Source of the DNA: Candidatus Hermodarchaeum yapensis
GTDB lineage: Archaea > Asgardarchaeota > Hermodarchaeia > Hermodarchaeales > Hermodarchaeaceae
Reading direction: 5' to 3'
Length of the DNA: 64,000 nucleotides
Assembly (NCBI GenBank): GCA_016840405.1
Contig: JAEOSK010000001.1
Span: forward strand, 94,820-158,819
In this document: piece after piece, positions 19,901 to 29,634 of the stretch
How the letters are laid out: every line of letters begins with the position of its first letter
How positions within the stretch are numbered: position 1 is the first letter of the stretch
Position numbers and translations under genes: made by a program
Notes under the pieces: model-generated
Seen by the model: only the letters and a program-made list of their open reading frames with translations
Databases searched by the model: none
What the model was told of the DNA's origin: nothing

Positions 19901-20391
19901 TCCACGTCATCTATTTGTTCAGTCATTTTGACTGCAGTGGCAAGATGCTCAGAGCCCTCCTGATATCTTCCAGATTTTGATAATAAACTGCCACTCTCAA
20001 TTAATAGTGATACTCGCGCTGATTTTTCTTCTCCTGGAATTTGGATTTCCAATGCTTGACTAAAAGCACGATTCGCCTCCTCATTGTAACCCAGCTGGTC
20101 CATTATTCTCCCCATTGTCAACAGGGCGGTCCGGAGGCTAGAGGGCTCTTTTACCCCTCGTAAGATTCGAATCGCTTGGGTGCTAGTGACAAGTGCTTCT
20201 TTATACTGTCCGAGGTTCACCAAAGCCTGAGTCATATAAATTGAGACAATACCCGCTTCACGTTTTTTCCCCTCCCGCTCGTATATCTCTAATGCCCGTT
20301 TCCATTCCTCTAAAGCCTTCTTAAAGGCTCTCTCCCTGTAATGGCTTTTACCCTTTGTAACTAATACATGTGCCTCGGATGAAGTCGACAC
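16972..20391 (-). CDS. TPR-repeat + CHAT-domain protein, predicted catalytically inactive
   Basis: ~650 aa of TPRs, a coiled coil, then CHAT motifs (ITDGFLNNVPFE, TAGSPSIVFTRW, WLSYSLCGNP); His and Cys catalytic positions not conserved. Confidence 0.85.
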   Translation of the reverse strand: MSTSSEAHVLVTKGKSHYRERAFKKALEEWKRALEIYEREGKKREAGIVSIYMTQALVNLGQYKEALVTSTQAIRILRGVKEPSSLRTALLTMGRIMDQLGYNEEANRAFSQALEIQIPGEEKSARVSLLIESGSLLSKSGRYQEGSEHLATAVKMTEQIDDVELRGKALTEYASILHKLAAYDDAERVLRQLIELWGTAGKPTPRAHALLGVARIYQAEGNLDKAEEHIEQARTVFSKANDETGLSLCEFHTARLLLEKDQPEQALPHGEAALQFFQNQKASIAFAESALIVAQILERLVQDVRALRLFDKAIEIFSQLGEQARNIHARISKGKALLRLGKDKQSEQEFTQAIRYYQEHKRQKEEAEIYIEVGETFYQLERYPEAIEQSKMALLLLKDHPEEKMEIRGYRLLLNASRRTQRLEEDLPLLQKAAKEANAQGRTLLATSLMVSLTQLTLEAQAPEQVKGILEQAIHDEQLPMELRAEAAINLGLVLMRNAEYTEAAQYLSQAIKEFKAEPSFDTSEAYYQLAEAYRNLEKPSLRKDALKGSLLTLKPSTEEKFQGRLYFELAPLVEAEDSAKALEYYEKAASIFSEAEYREEYFQTLLRQANLLVDSAGISDILKLIEQAISIGEELDIPTDFNIENLPLAWNQMQHALEEAILIATHYYHKQNDRMIVDKVIDWSSPRKIAKLHPYLSDNLGYERCVDLPKLLQEETNLLTQISGLRQQLAHLPPKSLLQEEYKSRRKALRTELVESLEKMNVNRNVIAAACPDPGRGMLPSDYKMPQKLMTLMPTDRRWILINYDVLLEKQRIIVTTLDHVGRHGIHTLPISPDLASVVQSLQGIKNTQELPPIADLRDIASFLYRGLIPSRLERELQSHNYGFLQFITDGFLNNVPFELVFDGKEYWGLKYPMAWAPDFQFFESTLKTKALAQTTMPSVVLGVYSGAEEQASRRAVAEAIAKSFLDSVPTRQGITEPIVLFGSDFTRTLLSSNLEQPRSLLFFSTPTTLHHRKGEIPLQHPDSLRVIEIGVTTLFKGAPILVLDDSMRIDPMENGMSLAGFLRHLVTAGSPSIVFTRWRPEHKLQPTFTQNLIRQLYGGDPIAVAMLHTRRKLASTGPPLHSWLSYSLCGNPFLTLF

Positions 20392-20436
20392 TTGGTAAGG
20401 TCCTCCATGGTATGTTATCTTCGTAATCTATTCTTT

Positions 20437-21270
20437 TTACTCTTTTATTGCTTCCATATGCAATGACCAAGCTGGACGGGTGTCAAACCGCGAACCTTGC
20501 ATCTGTGGAAATCTACTTTGGTAAGCATTCGTCCTATACACTTTTTGAAAACCCGCTTTTTTCAATGAGAGGACGAGTTTCTCTTCATTCCACCAATTAA
20601 CATGAATTCCTCCATAACGGTGCTGAATATCAGGGGTCAACCATTCACCAATCCTTTTGGAATAATGGTTAAGGAAATTCTGTTTAGTCATGGTTCGAAA
20701 ATTGCGTTGGATGGACTCTGGGGACTCATTGATATCGAGATCATGATCTGATCGTACGAAGTAACCTGCAAACATATGCAAAAGACACTGTTCAATTACA
20801 GTATATTGGCGATATTCTTCATCAATCCGATAGAAGAAGTCGAAATCATGATTCTTCGTGGCTTCGTAGGCTAAATCGATATCAGGAACAACAAACCGTA
20901 CCGCTCCGTTATTTTCGAGACACCGATAGCATTCCCCTATCACATGTTCACTTTGCTGATCAGGTAAATGCTCAAGTACGTGCTCGGAATAAAACAACTG
21001 AACCGAATTATCAGGAAAGGGAAAAGAATCACTACTCATTAAATCCAAGCTGTAATCAATATACTGTCGGGGAATCCGATACCAAGGTGTCCGAAAATCC
21101 AAAACTTTCCAACCACGTTTGTAAAAATGTCCTCCTCCAATGTTAACCTGCATCACCTTCGGCTTGAACAAGACCTTATCGACACTCACTCGTAGAACCC
21201 ACACCTTAAGCCAGAACCTCTGGAATAATGGGACATGACTGCGTAGGAATGAGAGAACAGGCTTATACAC
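20437..21270 (-). CDS. Class I SAM-dependent methyltransferase (glycan-cluster type)
   Basis: VNIGGG, FPFPDNSVQLFYSEHVLEHL, ECYRCLENNGAVRFVVPD. Confidence 0.8.
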   Translation of the reverse strand: MYKPVLSFLRSHVPLFQRFWLKVWVLRVSVDKVLFKPKVMQVNIGGGHFYKRGWKVLDFRTPWYRIPRQYIDYSLDLMSSDSFPFPDNSVQLFYSEHVLEHLPDQQSEHVIGECYRCLENNGAVRFVVPDIDLAYEATKNHDFDFFYRIDEEYRQYTVIEQCLLHMFAGYFVRSDHDLDINESPESIQRNFRTMTKQNFLNHYSKRIGEWLTPDIQHRYGGIHVNWWNEEKLVLSLKKAGFQKVYRTNAYQSRFPQMQGSRFDTRPAWSLHMEAIKE

Positions 21271-21362
21271 TCACTCAATTCCTCCTATGCAAGGATCGAC
21301 AATGCATTTTTCCCATACCCTCTTAACTCTCTTTAGCTTTTGTTCTGCCTGACCAAGAAGAT

Positions 21363-22925
21363 TTACTCCTCCTTCAAGGGTTCAGCTGTTTCCTTCTTAC
21401 GACTCATGATTCGATAAAATTTGATAATTGGGTTTAGCCATCGTTTCGAGGCTCTCGAGAGGATATCCAGATCTTCATTAGTGAATACTGAAAACAATGC
21501 GGATACAATCAGGATTAGTAGAAACGATATCCCAGTTATAATAAGCGTGTCTATGATATCTAGGGGCGAAAGAAGGACCGCTAACATATACACGACGAAG
21601 AATTGGATTGGAATTAAAGCGAGTAATCGGAGCAGGCTTCCTCGAGGTACTAGTGCTAGTTCCTTGGTTTGCCATGTCAATAGGGCGAATGTTAAGGCAT
21701 AGCCAAAAGTTACACACATGGCTATCCCGATGGTGCCCCAAATCCCAAAGAGTCCGAAGGCAAAGAAGAGCGCCAGAAAGATAGCTATGTTGACCACGAA
21801 GAGGATGGAGAAGATCATCATCTTGTAGGTCTCTCCTTTAGCTCCCCGCATTCGGAGGAAGAGAGCGGAGAGAGCGAAAAACATCATTGTCAGTGTTGCA
21901 AATGAGAGAATCAGCCCACTTTCTGGAAGAATATACTGCGGACCAAGAACAATGTGGATTATCGGTATTCCTGCGAAGATGAAAATACATCCACTGAAAA
22001 GAACGGCTATGAATAGCATTTTGAGAGTAATCCCAAACGCTATGCCTTCCCGTTCAGGACGAGAAGCAAGAACTTTGGTCATAATTGGCAGAAAGGCAAT
22101 CAGAAGGGTCAAGATTGCTTCTTCAGCAATCGAGGGGAGACGGCTAATGGTCCGATAAACTGCTAAATCTCCATAACCAAAGAACAGGATTATGATGTAT
22201 TGATCAATAAAACCTCGAAATTGGTTGAAAATGAAAATAATGATCATGGGCAAAGCAAAGATCAGTAGGGCTTTGGTTGGACGAACTAGCTTGTAAAGGT
22301 TGAGTTTCCGTTTTAGTCCACTTGTGGGAATTAGAAAAATGAGGGTTATCAGATCAGCGATTATCCACCCCCAAAAAATCATCATGATATTTGCAGTGAA
22401 GAACAAGAAGACAAGAGGGAGGATGAAGTTAAGTACACTTCTTAGGGCTCCAAAGAGCACATTCTGCTCGATTTTCAAATATGACAGTTGTACACCCTGC
22501 AATAGAAGAAAGAGAGATACTTGGGCTGCTGAAATTAAAACAACAACTCCAAGATCAGACACTATGCTAAGCCCGATTCCAGACAAGTATAGGGCTGTTA
22601 GAATGGGAACGAGAATAATCGTTTCAATAATACCATATATAAACATCTGGTGAACTAGCTTATCAGCTCGACTGGGATCTGTTTCTGATAAAGCTCGCTG
22701 ATGCATCGTCCAAGCAATCCATGGGATAAGGACTCCACTGACAAGGGTAATGCCCAATGTTATGGCTTGAACGAATCCTAATTCATCGGGACTTATCCAG
22801 CGGGCGATAATAAAGATGTAAACGAGCTGAACACCACGGACTATCCCCACTCGAAGCCACGCTAGCCCCGTTGATCGAACATACCTAACTGCATAGCCGG
22901 TTTTCTCGCCTTCGGCTTCAGTCAA
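21363..22925 (-). CDS. Oligosaccharide flippase (Wzx/MOP superfamily)
   Basis: ~14 TM helices; IARWISPDELG and IDQYIIILFFGYGDLAVY motifs; located in the glycan cluster. Confidence 0.85.
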   Translation of the reverse strand: MTEAEGEKTGYAVRYVRSTGLAWLRVGIVRGVQLVYIFIIARWISPDELGFVQAITLGITLVSGVLIPWIAWTMHQRALSETDPSRADKLVHQMFIYGIIETIILVPILTALYLSGIGLSIVSDLGVVVLISAAQVSLFLLLQGVQLSYLKIEQNVLFGALRSVLNFILPLVFLFFTANIMMIFWGWIIADLITLIFLIPTSGLKRKLNLYKLVRPTKALLIFALPMIIIFIFNQFRGFIDQYIIILFFGYGDLAVYRTISRLPSIAEEAILTLLIAFLPIMTKVLASRPEREGIAFGITLKMLFIAVLFSGCIFIFAGIPIIHIVLGPQYILPESGLILSFATLTMMFFALSALFLRMRGAKGETYKMMIFSILFVVNIAIFLALFFAFGLFGIWGTIGIAMCVTFGYALTFALLTWQTKELALVPRGSLLRLLALIPIQFFVVYMLAVLLSPLDIIDTLIITGISFLLILIVSALFSVFTNEDLDILSRASKRWLNPIIKFYRIMSRKKETAEPLKEE

Positions 22926-22948
22926 AGCTACACACCAAATGGATAACT

Positions 22949-23482
22949 CTAATCAGAAACGAGGAGCTGGCCAATATACCGTTCAATTGTATCTTTGAGT
23001 ATCCCTCGTGTTTCAAGGATGAATTCAGCTGCTTCCCGTACAGCTCCTTCTCCACCCTTTCGGGTAGTAACCCAATCGGAATGCTCTTTCACTTGAGGTG
23101 CAGCGTCTGCAACTGCAATTCCTAACCCTACTTGCTGTAGAACAGGGATATCATTCAAGTCATCACCAATATAGGCTGTTTCGTCAAGCTGCAGCCCTAA
23201 TTGATCCAGCAGGGATTGGAGTGCTTTGTGCTTGTTATGGATGTCTTGGAGAAGATGGGTAATTTTGAGTTTTTTGGCTCGCCGAGTCATAATTTCTGTT
23301 TTTTCTTGGGTGATTATTGCTATTTGGATGCCAGCGGTTCGTAACAGATTGAGTCCAACTGCGTCGCGTGTGTTGAATTTTTTGAGCTCGTTCTTCTGGT
23401 TGTCATAGTACATCCCTGCGTCCGTTAAGACTCCATCGACATCCATAACGAATAACTTGATTTTCTCTGCCTTTTGCTTCAC
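22949..23482 (-). CDS. kdsC: KdsC-like HAD phosphatase (3-deoxy-ulosonate phosphate phosphatase)
   Basis: MDVDGVLTD, KKFNTRD, YIGDDLND, GGEGAVRE. Confidence 0.88.
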   Translation of the reverse strand: MKQKAEKIKLFVMDVDGVLTDAGMYYDNQKNELKKFNTRDAVGLNLLRTAGIQIAIITQEKTEIMTRRAKKLKITHLLQDIHNKHKALQSLLDQLGLQLDETAYIGDDLNDIPVLQQVGLGIAVADAAPQVKEHSDWVTTRKGGEGAVREAAEFILETRGILKDTIERYIGQLLVSD

Positions 23483-23695
23483 ACTAGCACCTCATCGGAA
23501 GAGTTCAGCAATCCTAATTTCAGCAGTATTTTGATGCTGATTTAAAGATGATGTTATGACACCTGTTAGCAGTACAATACTAAGGTGCAATTTCCTAATC
23601 AAGAGAATTGGACTGTGCATATAAGAAGACTATGTTAGCTACCATGGTACACAGTACTGGAAGCAAGGGAACCAGGGAGGCGAGAATTGGTGTAA

Positions 23696-24739
23696 TTATT
23701 GGAGATTATTGGCTCCCAACTGTTCATCTTCTTTGATGTCCACTTTGGCTGTTTTGCCAATGACTTCATGCAGCCGATATGGTGAAAGACCAGTTCCTGG
23801 GCTCTTTGCAATGACCATTGATTCGTCAATCTTCGTTCCGCGTGGAATAGCTTTTCGAGCAACAAGACTTTTTCCGAGTTTATGTCGAATCGGCACCTCT
23901 TCATCGATAATGATGAGTTCGCCAGTCCCTCTAGCTTGTTCTAAAGCTCGAATGTCTCGAACCAGTTTGATGATCCCTTGTGGTTCCAATGAGGCAGCAT
24001 GATCACCACCTTTCATGGTTCGATCAAGTGTAATGTGGCGTTCCACAAGGTCAGCTCCCATAGCCACTGCGGCCAAAGAGATTGCTATTCCCCGTTCATG
24101 TCCCGAATAGCCAACCGGCACACCATAACGTTTCTTCAGTTTCTCAATACCACGGAGATTGATTTGCTCAAATTCGCTCGGATAGGTTGAGACGCAATGC
24201 ATCAATGCGATTTGATCATTATGTTTCTGAATGCTTTTCATGGCGAGATCAATTTCCTCTTGCGTTGACATACCGGTCGATACAATCATGGGTTTCCCTT
24301 TCTTCGCGACATGCTCGAGAAGCGGTCGATTAGTTAAATCCGCTGATGCGATTTTATAAACTGGAATCTTGAATTGTTCCATGAAATCTGCACTTACTTC
24401 ATCCCAAACCGACGCAAAGAAGATGATTTTCTTTTCTTGACAATATTTTGAAATCTCTGAATATTCTTTCTCAGAAAACTCCAGTACTGCACGATGCTCG
24501 CCATAAGTTCTTCCAAAACTGTGGGGGCTCTCATAAGGGCGGTTAAGTGCCTCCTTTGTTAAGATAAGATCGGCAGTCCGTTTCTGAAATTTCACTGCAT
24601 TGGCATTAGCCAGAGAAGCCACATCAATGAGCTTCTTTGCAATCTCAACACTTCCTTGGTGGTTGATACCAATTTCAGCTACAACGAAAGCTGGTTGTCC
24701 TTCTCCAATGGTCTTGTTACCAATCTTAATGGTCTTCAT
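23696..24739 (-). CDS. neuB: N-acylneuraminate(-9-phosphate) synthase with C-terminal SAF domain
   Basis: AEIGINHQG, VKFQKR, KIASADL, HCVSTYP, GYSGHE, ERHITLDR. Confidence 0.92.
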   Translation of the reverse strand: MKTIKIGNKTIGEGQPAFVVAEIGINHQGSVEIAKKLIDVASLANANAVKFQKRTADLILTKEALNRPYESPHSFGRTYGEHRAVLEFSEKEYSEISKYCQEKKIIFFASVWDEVSADFMEQFKIPVYKIASADLTNRPLLEHVAKKGKPMIVSTGMSTQEEIDLAMKSIQKHNDQIALMHCVSTYPSEFEQINLRGIEKLKKRYGVPVGYSGHERGIAISLAAVAMGADLVERHITLDRTMKGGDHAASLEPQGIIKLVRDIRALEQARGTGELIIIDEEVPIRHKLGKSLVARKAIPRGTKIDESMVIAKSPGTGLSPYRLHEVIGKTAKVDIKEDEQLGANNLQ

Positions 24740-25461
24740 TTTCCTTTCACCTGAGTTTTCCCTTCACTCCTTTTGATTCTTTTGAATGCAGCGATTTTTT
24801 CTGCAAGCCAAAAATCAAACTCTGTATCGATTTCTATCGAATCGATTTCTTCCATTATGACATAAGCAATTTTGCCACCAAGGCGATTGTGCAGTTTCAT
24901 CAGAATTTCCCGTTTCGTAATATAGAGTGCCCCATTTTCCCGGAATTTTGGAGTGAGTTCCTGACGTCGTTTTCGTTCAGTGTACTCTGGCTGAATCTGT
25001 TCGTCCTTTAATTTCCAATAGAAGTGGCGGTCTTCAACTACCGAAAGGAGCGAATCAGCTGTTTCCTTTTGTATAATTTCAATACCCTGATCGATGACAG
25101 CCGAATCTAAAAATGGGGAGGTCGGCTGCAGGAGAACCACATACTCCGGACAATATCCTTCCTTTTCGTTCAGCCATTCCACTACGTGCTGAAGCACAGG
25201 TTCTGTTGCAGTTTCATCCCGGGCTAATTCTTCAGGACGCATAAACGGAACTTCAGCACTACACTCTATCGATATCTTTGCAATCTCTTTATCATCCGTC
25301 GAAACAATAATCCGATCGAGATATTGGGAACCGAGAGCTGTTTGGATTGTGTGACAGACTAAGGGTTTGTCAGCGAGCATTCGGATGTTCTTTCGGGGAA
25401 CACCTTTTGAGCCTCCTCGGGCTGGAATGATTGCTAGAAACTGTGGTTTTTTCTTACTCAT
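24736..25461 (-). CDS. neuA: Acylneuraminate cytidylyltransferase
   Basis: IPARGGSKGVPRKN, LQPTSPF, RRQE, ENGALY, EIDTEFD; overlaps neuB by 4 nt. Confidence 0.92.
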   Translation of the reverse strand: MSKKKPQFLAIIPARGGSKGVPRKNIRMLADKPLVCHTIQTALGSQYLDRIIVSTDDKEIAKISIECSAEVPFMRPEELARDETATEPVLQHVVEWLNEKEGYCPEYVVLLQPTSPFLDSAVIDQGIEIIQKETADSLLSVVEDRHFYWKLKDEQIQPEYTERKRRQELTPKFRENGALYITKREILMKLHNRLGGKIAYVIMEEIDSIEIDTEFDFWLAEKIAAFKRIKRSEGKTQVKGK

Positions 25462-25673
25462 CTTCACCGCTCCAGTCATTCTGACACGTCAATTCGTTAG
25501 TGTGTTTTTTCTCCGAATCTGTATTATTTAACTCATAGGGCTTTAGTATTCTACTAACAAACCAGCACTCTGCTCTCCGGGAACTGCAAAGGTCCTGATA
25601 ATCTAAAGATTTTTCAGAACCCTTTAAGTTGCTTTGAGGCATAATCACAACTCGCTTCGTAGTAGGTGGCTAA

Positions 25674-27323
25674 ATGAAACAATTATTTCGTTGGCTTGAT
25701 GAAGTAAAGTCAGCCAAAGTAATAGAAGACAAGCCACTAATTGAAACAACGAAGTACAAGGATTTTGCTTTTTGGTGGATTCTACGGAATCGAATCTACA
25801 CTGACCTGCTTATCTTTTTCACATCAGGACTAAGGCTCTATCGACCCTCATCACGACAGCGAATTATTGGACGGTTTACCTTTCTCTATTTACTGGTCAT
25901 CCTAGTCCAATCAATCATTAGTAAACTCATTAGCGTGGGTCAAAAACGAAATGAAGCTTCTCACCCAGTTCTGCTCACAGCCCAATTTGAATCTTGGAAA
26001 CCTATTAGAGATATTCCGACCGGTCAACTGGAGAAAGCACACGTGATTTTCGAGCCTGTCCTAAAGCAACTGCGACAGACTCGCCCCCAACTATGCTATG
26101 TCTCGTTAGCACATCTGGGATTTTCTGGGGTGAGTAAACTTAAGCAAGCCCTGGAGATGAAACAAGCTGCAAACTTGGGACATTTTCGAATACTCGAATC
26201 GTATCTGGGCATTAACACCCTTGCACGGTTCCTCTATGCCCGACGCCATTTCAGCCGGGTTTCTAAGAAACTACAACAAAGCCAAAACACAAAGAACGTT
26301 CCCCGGTTAAACGGCATTGATGTGTTTACTGCATTTTCTGATTACTTCGACTACTATTACACGACATATCTACCATTATTAGTCCTACTTTACGAATTAG
26401 ATCTTCAAGTCTGTAAACAAGAGGAACCAGCCCTTGTTTTGCTAAGTAACGAATATGGGGGATATGAGAGAGCGCTTATCATGGCAGCCCATGCCCAACA
26501 TATTCCAAGTCTAGCCATCCAACATGGCATTATTGATGAATACAAAGCCGGTTACATGTTTGCAGCTAATGATGTATCAACTACCGGATCAGCACATTAT
26601 CCCTTTGTCCCGATACCGACCAATACTACTGTCTATGGTTCATTCACAAAAGATCTGTTGACGCGAAGCAGTTCTTTTCCTGATAATGCAGTCGTGGTTA
26701 CCGGACAACCTCGTTATGATTCACTGCTACATGTTGAACGGCTCTATGATAAAACCAGGTTTTGTAATCGGTTTCAAATTGACCAACAGAAGAAACTGGT
26801 TCTAATCACAACACAACCTTTTCCGATGGAGAGTGTTCGAGAAAAATTCATCCTCAGCACAATCAAAGCCCTCAACCAAATTCAAGGTATACAAATTATC
26901 GTCAAACCCCATCATAACGAGACACAAGAATGGTACGAAAACCGAGTGAAAACACAGAATATCATAATTCTTCCACCCCGATACGACACCTATGAAGCAC
27001 TATATGCTTGCGACCTCTTGATTGCTCAAACTTCAACAACTATCCTTGAAGCCATGATTCTGGAAAAAGAAGTGGTTGTCGTAAATCTGTCCAACTTGCC
27101 AGAGGTGCTCCCCTGGGTTGAAGAAAAGGCAGTTTTTGGTGTCTATAATGAAGCCGATCTAGTCAAGAATTTTCAAAGCGCGCTCTTCGACAAGAAGGCT
27201 CAGATGGCGACACAGAAAGATCGAAGGACATTTCTGACAAAGCATATTTTCAAAACCGATGGAAAATCATCGGAACGAGTAGCTGCACGCATTCTTTCTC
27301 TACTACAGGAAAAAGAATCCTAA
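25674..27323 (+). CDS. GT-B fold surface-glycan biosynthesis protein (possible nonulosonate transferase)
   Basis: AIQHG, VTGQPRYD, VKPHHNE, STTILEAMIL, DGKSSERV; divergent from neuA. Confidence 0.7.
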   Translation: MKQLFRWLDEVKSAKVIEDKPLIETTKYKDFAFWWILRNRIYTDLLIFFTSGLRLYRPSSRQRIIGRFTFLYLLVILVQSIISKLISVGQKRNEASHPVLLTAQFESWKPIRDIPTGQLEKAHVIFEPVLKQLRQTRPQLCYVSLAHLGFSGVSKLKQALEMKQAANLGHFRILESYLGINTLARFLYARRHFSRVSKKLQQSQNTKNVPRLNGIDVFTAFSDYFDYYYTTYLPLLVLLYELDLQVCKQEEPALVLLSNEYGGYERALIMAAHAQHIPSLAIQHGIIDEYKAGYMFAANDVSTTGSAHYPFVPIPTNTTVYGSFTKDLLTRSSSFPDNAVVVTGQPRYDSLLHVERLYDKTRFCNRFQIDQQKKLVLITTQPFPMESVREKFILSTIKALNQIQGIQIIVKPHHNETQEWYENRVKTQNIIILPPRYDTYEALYACDLLIAQTSTTILEAMILEKEVVVVNLSNLPEVLPWVEEKAVFGVYNEADLVKNFQSALFDKKAQMATQKDRRTFLTKHIFKTDGKSSERVAARILSLLQEKES

Positions 27324-27416
27324 AAATTCTCAATAAAGGATATCAATTTCCTCACTAGTGAGATTCTTATAATTTGAAGAGTATTTTCGCCAAGTAATAA
27401 CGGATAGTGCGAGATA

Positions 27417-28445
27417 GTGCTGAATGCAATTCGCTCAAACGCATCGCTTTGGGACCTTTACGCCAAAGTTGAAGAATACAACCCTCAGCACTTAGATGAG
27501 CATGACCGATTTCTCTACAAATACTCAAACCAAAATAACATCCTTGAACCCACAGTCTCTGAATTCTTAGTTCAACAGGGTATGAACATTGATTACCCGG
27601 ATAACTATGAATTCGGAATTTGTCTAACCCATGATGTTGACACAGTCTTCTTGTCAAAGAAGCGTGCGCTCTACGAAGCGGCACGCCGGGGAATCCGTTT
27701 CAGAATAAAACAAGCCACGAAAATGCTTATGGGTGGTGTCAGTAAGCATTACAACCCCCGATGGAACTTCAATCAAATAATGGATCTTGAAGATTCCTTT
27801 GGAGCGAAGTCGACATTTTTCTTTATGGCATTAAAACCTAGAGAGCCTGCTTACAATTATCGATTGGATCTTCTCCAACACGAATTGGACACCATTATCG
27901 AAAAAGGTTGGGAAGTTGGACTCCATGGAGGGTATTATGCATACAATGATCTCGAACGAATCACAACCCAACGGGACCGGTTGGAAGCGATTTCAGGTAA
28001 GACGGCGAAAGGGTATCGAAATCATTTCCTACGATTTGCCGTCCCGACAACGTGGGAATTACTGACAACTGCAAACTTTAGTTATGACGCAACTTTCGGT
28101 TATTCGGAGACATTTGGGTTCCGAAACGGGATGTGCCACCCCTTTCGACCTTACAATATCACAACCGATACGCCAATTAAGATCATCGAAATTCCCCTGA
28201 TGCTCATGGATGTTTCATTAATTCGGATGCAAATTCCCCCCAATCAAGCCTGGCCGAAATTACGCTCACTACTCGATTCAGTGCGAAAAAACAAAGGAAC
28301 CGTCTCAATTCTTTGGCACAACAACCGGATGGATGGTGATTGGCTCAAACTGTATACGAAGATCCTACAATATGGAAAGGAGAAGCATGCCTGGATGACT
28401 ACTGGTGAGGAACTTAGTCAATGGTGGGAAAAACGAGTTATTTAG
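27417..28445 (+). CDS. Polysaccharide deacetylase family protein
   Basis: LTHDVD, STFFF, EVGLHG, GYRNHFLRF, GFRNG, ILWHN. Confidence 0.85.
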   Translation: MLNAIRSNASLWDLYAKVEEYNPQHLDEHDRFLYKYSNQNNILEPTVSEFLVQQGMNIDYPDNYEFGICLTHDVDTVFLSKKRALYEAARRGIRFRIKQATKMLMGGVSKHYNPRWNFNQIMDLEDSFGAKSTFFFMALKPREPAYNYRLDLLQHELDTIIEKGWEVGLHGGYYAYNDLERITTQRDRLEAISGKTAKGYRNHFLRFAVPTTWELLTTANFSYDATFGYSETFGFRNGMCHPFRPYNITTDTPIKIIEIPLMLMDVSLIRMQIPPNQAWPKLRSLLDSVRKNKGTVSILWHNNRMDGDWLKLYTKILQYGKEKHAWMTTGEELSQWWEKRVI

Positions 28446-28449
28446 CGTC

Positions 28450-29592
28450 ATGGTGAGGAAAATTAAGGTCTTTGTTACTGATGCAAGTTACAAACATACA
28501 CTAGCAGCAGTACGAAGTCTAGGCCGAAAACAAATCGAAGTAATTGCTGGCTCCTCCTCACGCTATGCGCAGGCCTTCTATTCGAAATATTGCAAGAAAA
28601 AATTGATTTATCCCCCATTGGAGGAGGAAACCCGGTTCATCAGGGTAATGGACAGATTACTGAAAACCGAAAAGGTAGACGTGTTACTACCCATTGGATA
28701 CCAAGCCACCGCGGTCCTATCCAAGTATCAGGAGCAGTTTTCTAAACGTGTCCAGATGCCGATAGCTCAACAAGACTCACTGCGAATTGCTGGTAACAAA
28801 AATGAAACCCTAGAATTCGCGGAACAACTGGGCCTTCGTATACCCCGGTTTTACCGAAAAATCGACGAAATCAACCAATTCCCAGTGGTCATAAAGGGAA
28901 GTGAAGGCGCCGGACAAGTTTGGTATGCGACATCCAAAAAGGATCTCGCCAAACAACACTTTGATGGCCAGATAATCCAAGAATACATTCCAGGAGAGGG
29001 CTACGGCTTCTTTGCCTTATACAATCATGGGAAGCTTCGAGCCTTTTTCATGCACCGCCGAATCCGTGAGTATCCCATAACCGGAGGTCCGAGTACCGCC
29101 GCAGAAAGCACCTATGATCCCAATCTCAAACAACTGGGAATGAAATTATTAGAGGGACTAAACTGGCATGGCGTGGCCATGGTTGAGTTCAAGAAAGATA
29201 GACGAGATGGAAAATACACACTCATGGAAGTGAACCCCAAATTCTGGGGTTCTCTCGACCTTGCTATCTCCTCAGGAGTTGATTTCCCATATCTTACTGC
29301 TAAAATGGCCATGGACGGCGATATTCAACCCGTTTACTCATATCAAGTCGGAAACCGGTTCCAATGGCTTTTCCCAGATGAACTGCTGCACCTCGCAGCA
29401 CGTCCCCAATCCGTTGGAAGTGTCCTCGCAGACTTTGCCAATTATCACACAAAGAGCAATGTGACTTTGCGAGACATTAAACCTACAATGTTCCAACTTT
29501 TCTACACGGCTTGGGAATTCCTCACCCGGATTCGCAAAGGTGAATTACGCTATCCACATGGAATTCCTAGTATAGGACAGAAACGAAAGTGA
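28450..29592 (+). CDS. ATP-grasp (carboxylate-amine ligase) protein
   Basis: FPVVIK, IIQEYIPG, HRRIREYP, GVAMVEFK, MEVNPKFWGSL, GVDFP. Confidence 0.88.
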   Translation: MVRKIKVFVTDASYKHTLAAVRSLGRKQIEVIAGSSSRYAQAFYSKYCKKKLIYPPLEEETRFIRVMDRLLKTEKVDVLLPIGYQATAVLSKYQEQFSKRVQMPIAQQDSLRIAGNKNETLEFAEQLGLRIPRFYRKIDEINQFPVVIKGSEGAGQVWYATSKKDLAKQHFDGQIIQEYIPGEGYGFFALYNHGKLRAFFMHRRIREYPITGGPSTAAESTYDPNLKQLGMKLLEGLNWHGVAMVEFKKDRRDGKYTLMEVNPKFWGSLDLAISSGVDFPYLTAKMAMDGDIQPVYSYQVGNRFQWLFPDELLHLAARPQSVGSVLADFANYHTKSNVTLRDIKPTMFQLFYTAWEFLTRIRKGELRYPHGIPSIGQKRK

Positions 29593-29634
29593 TTGGTTTC
29601 ATTTCAATGATATCAAACTATGAGGTGAAAAAGC

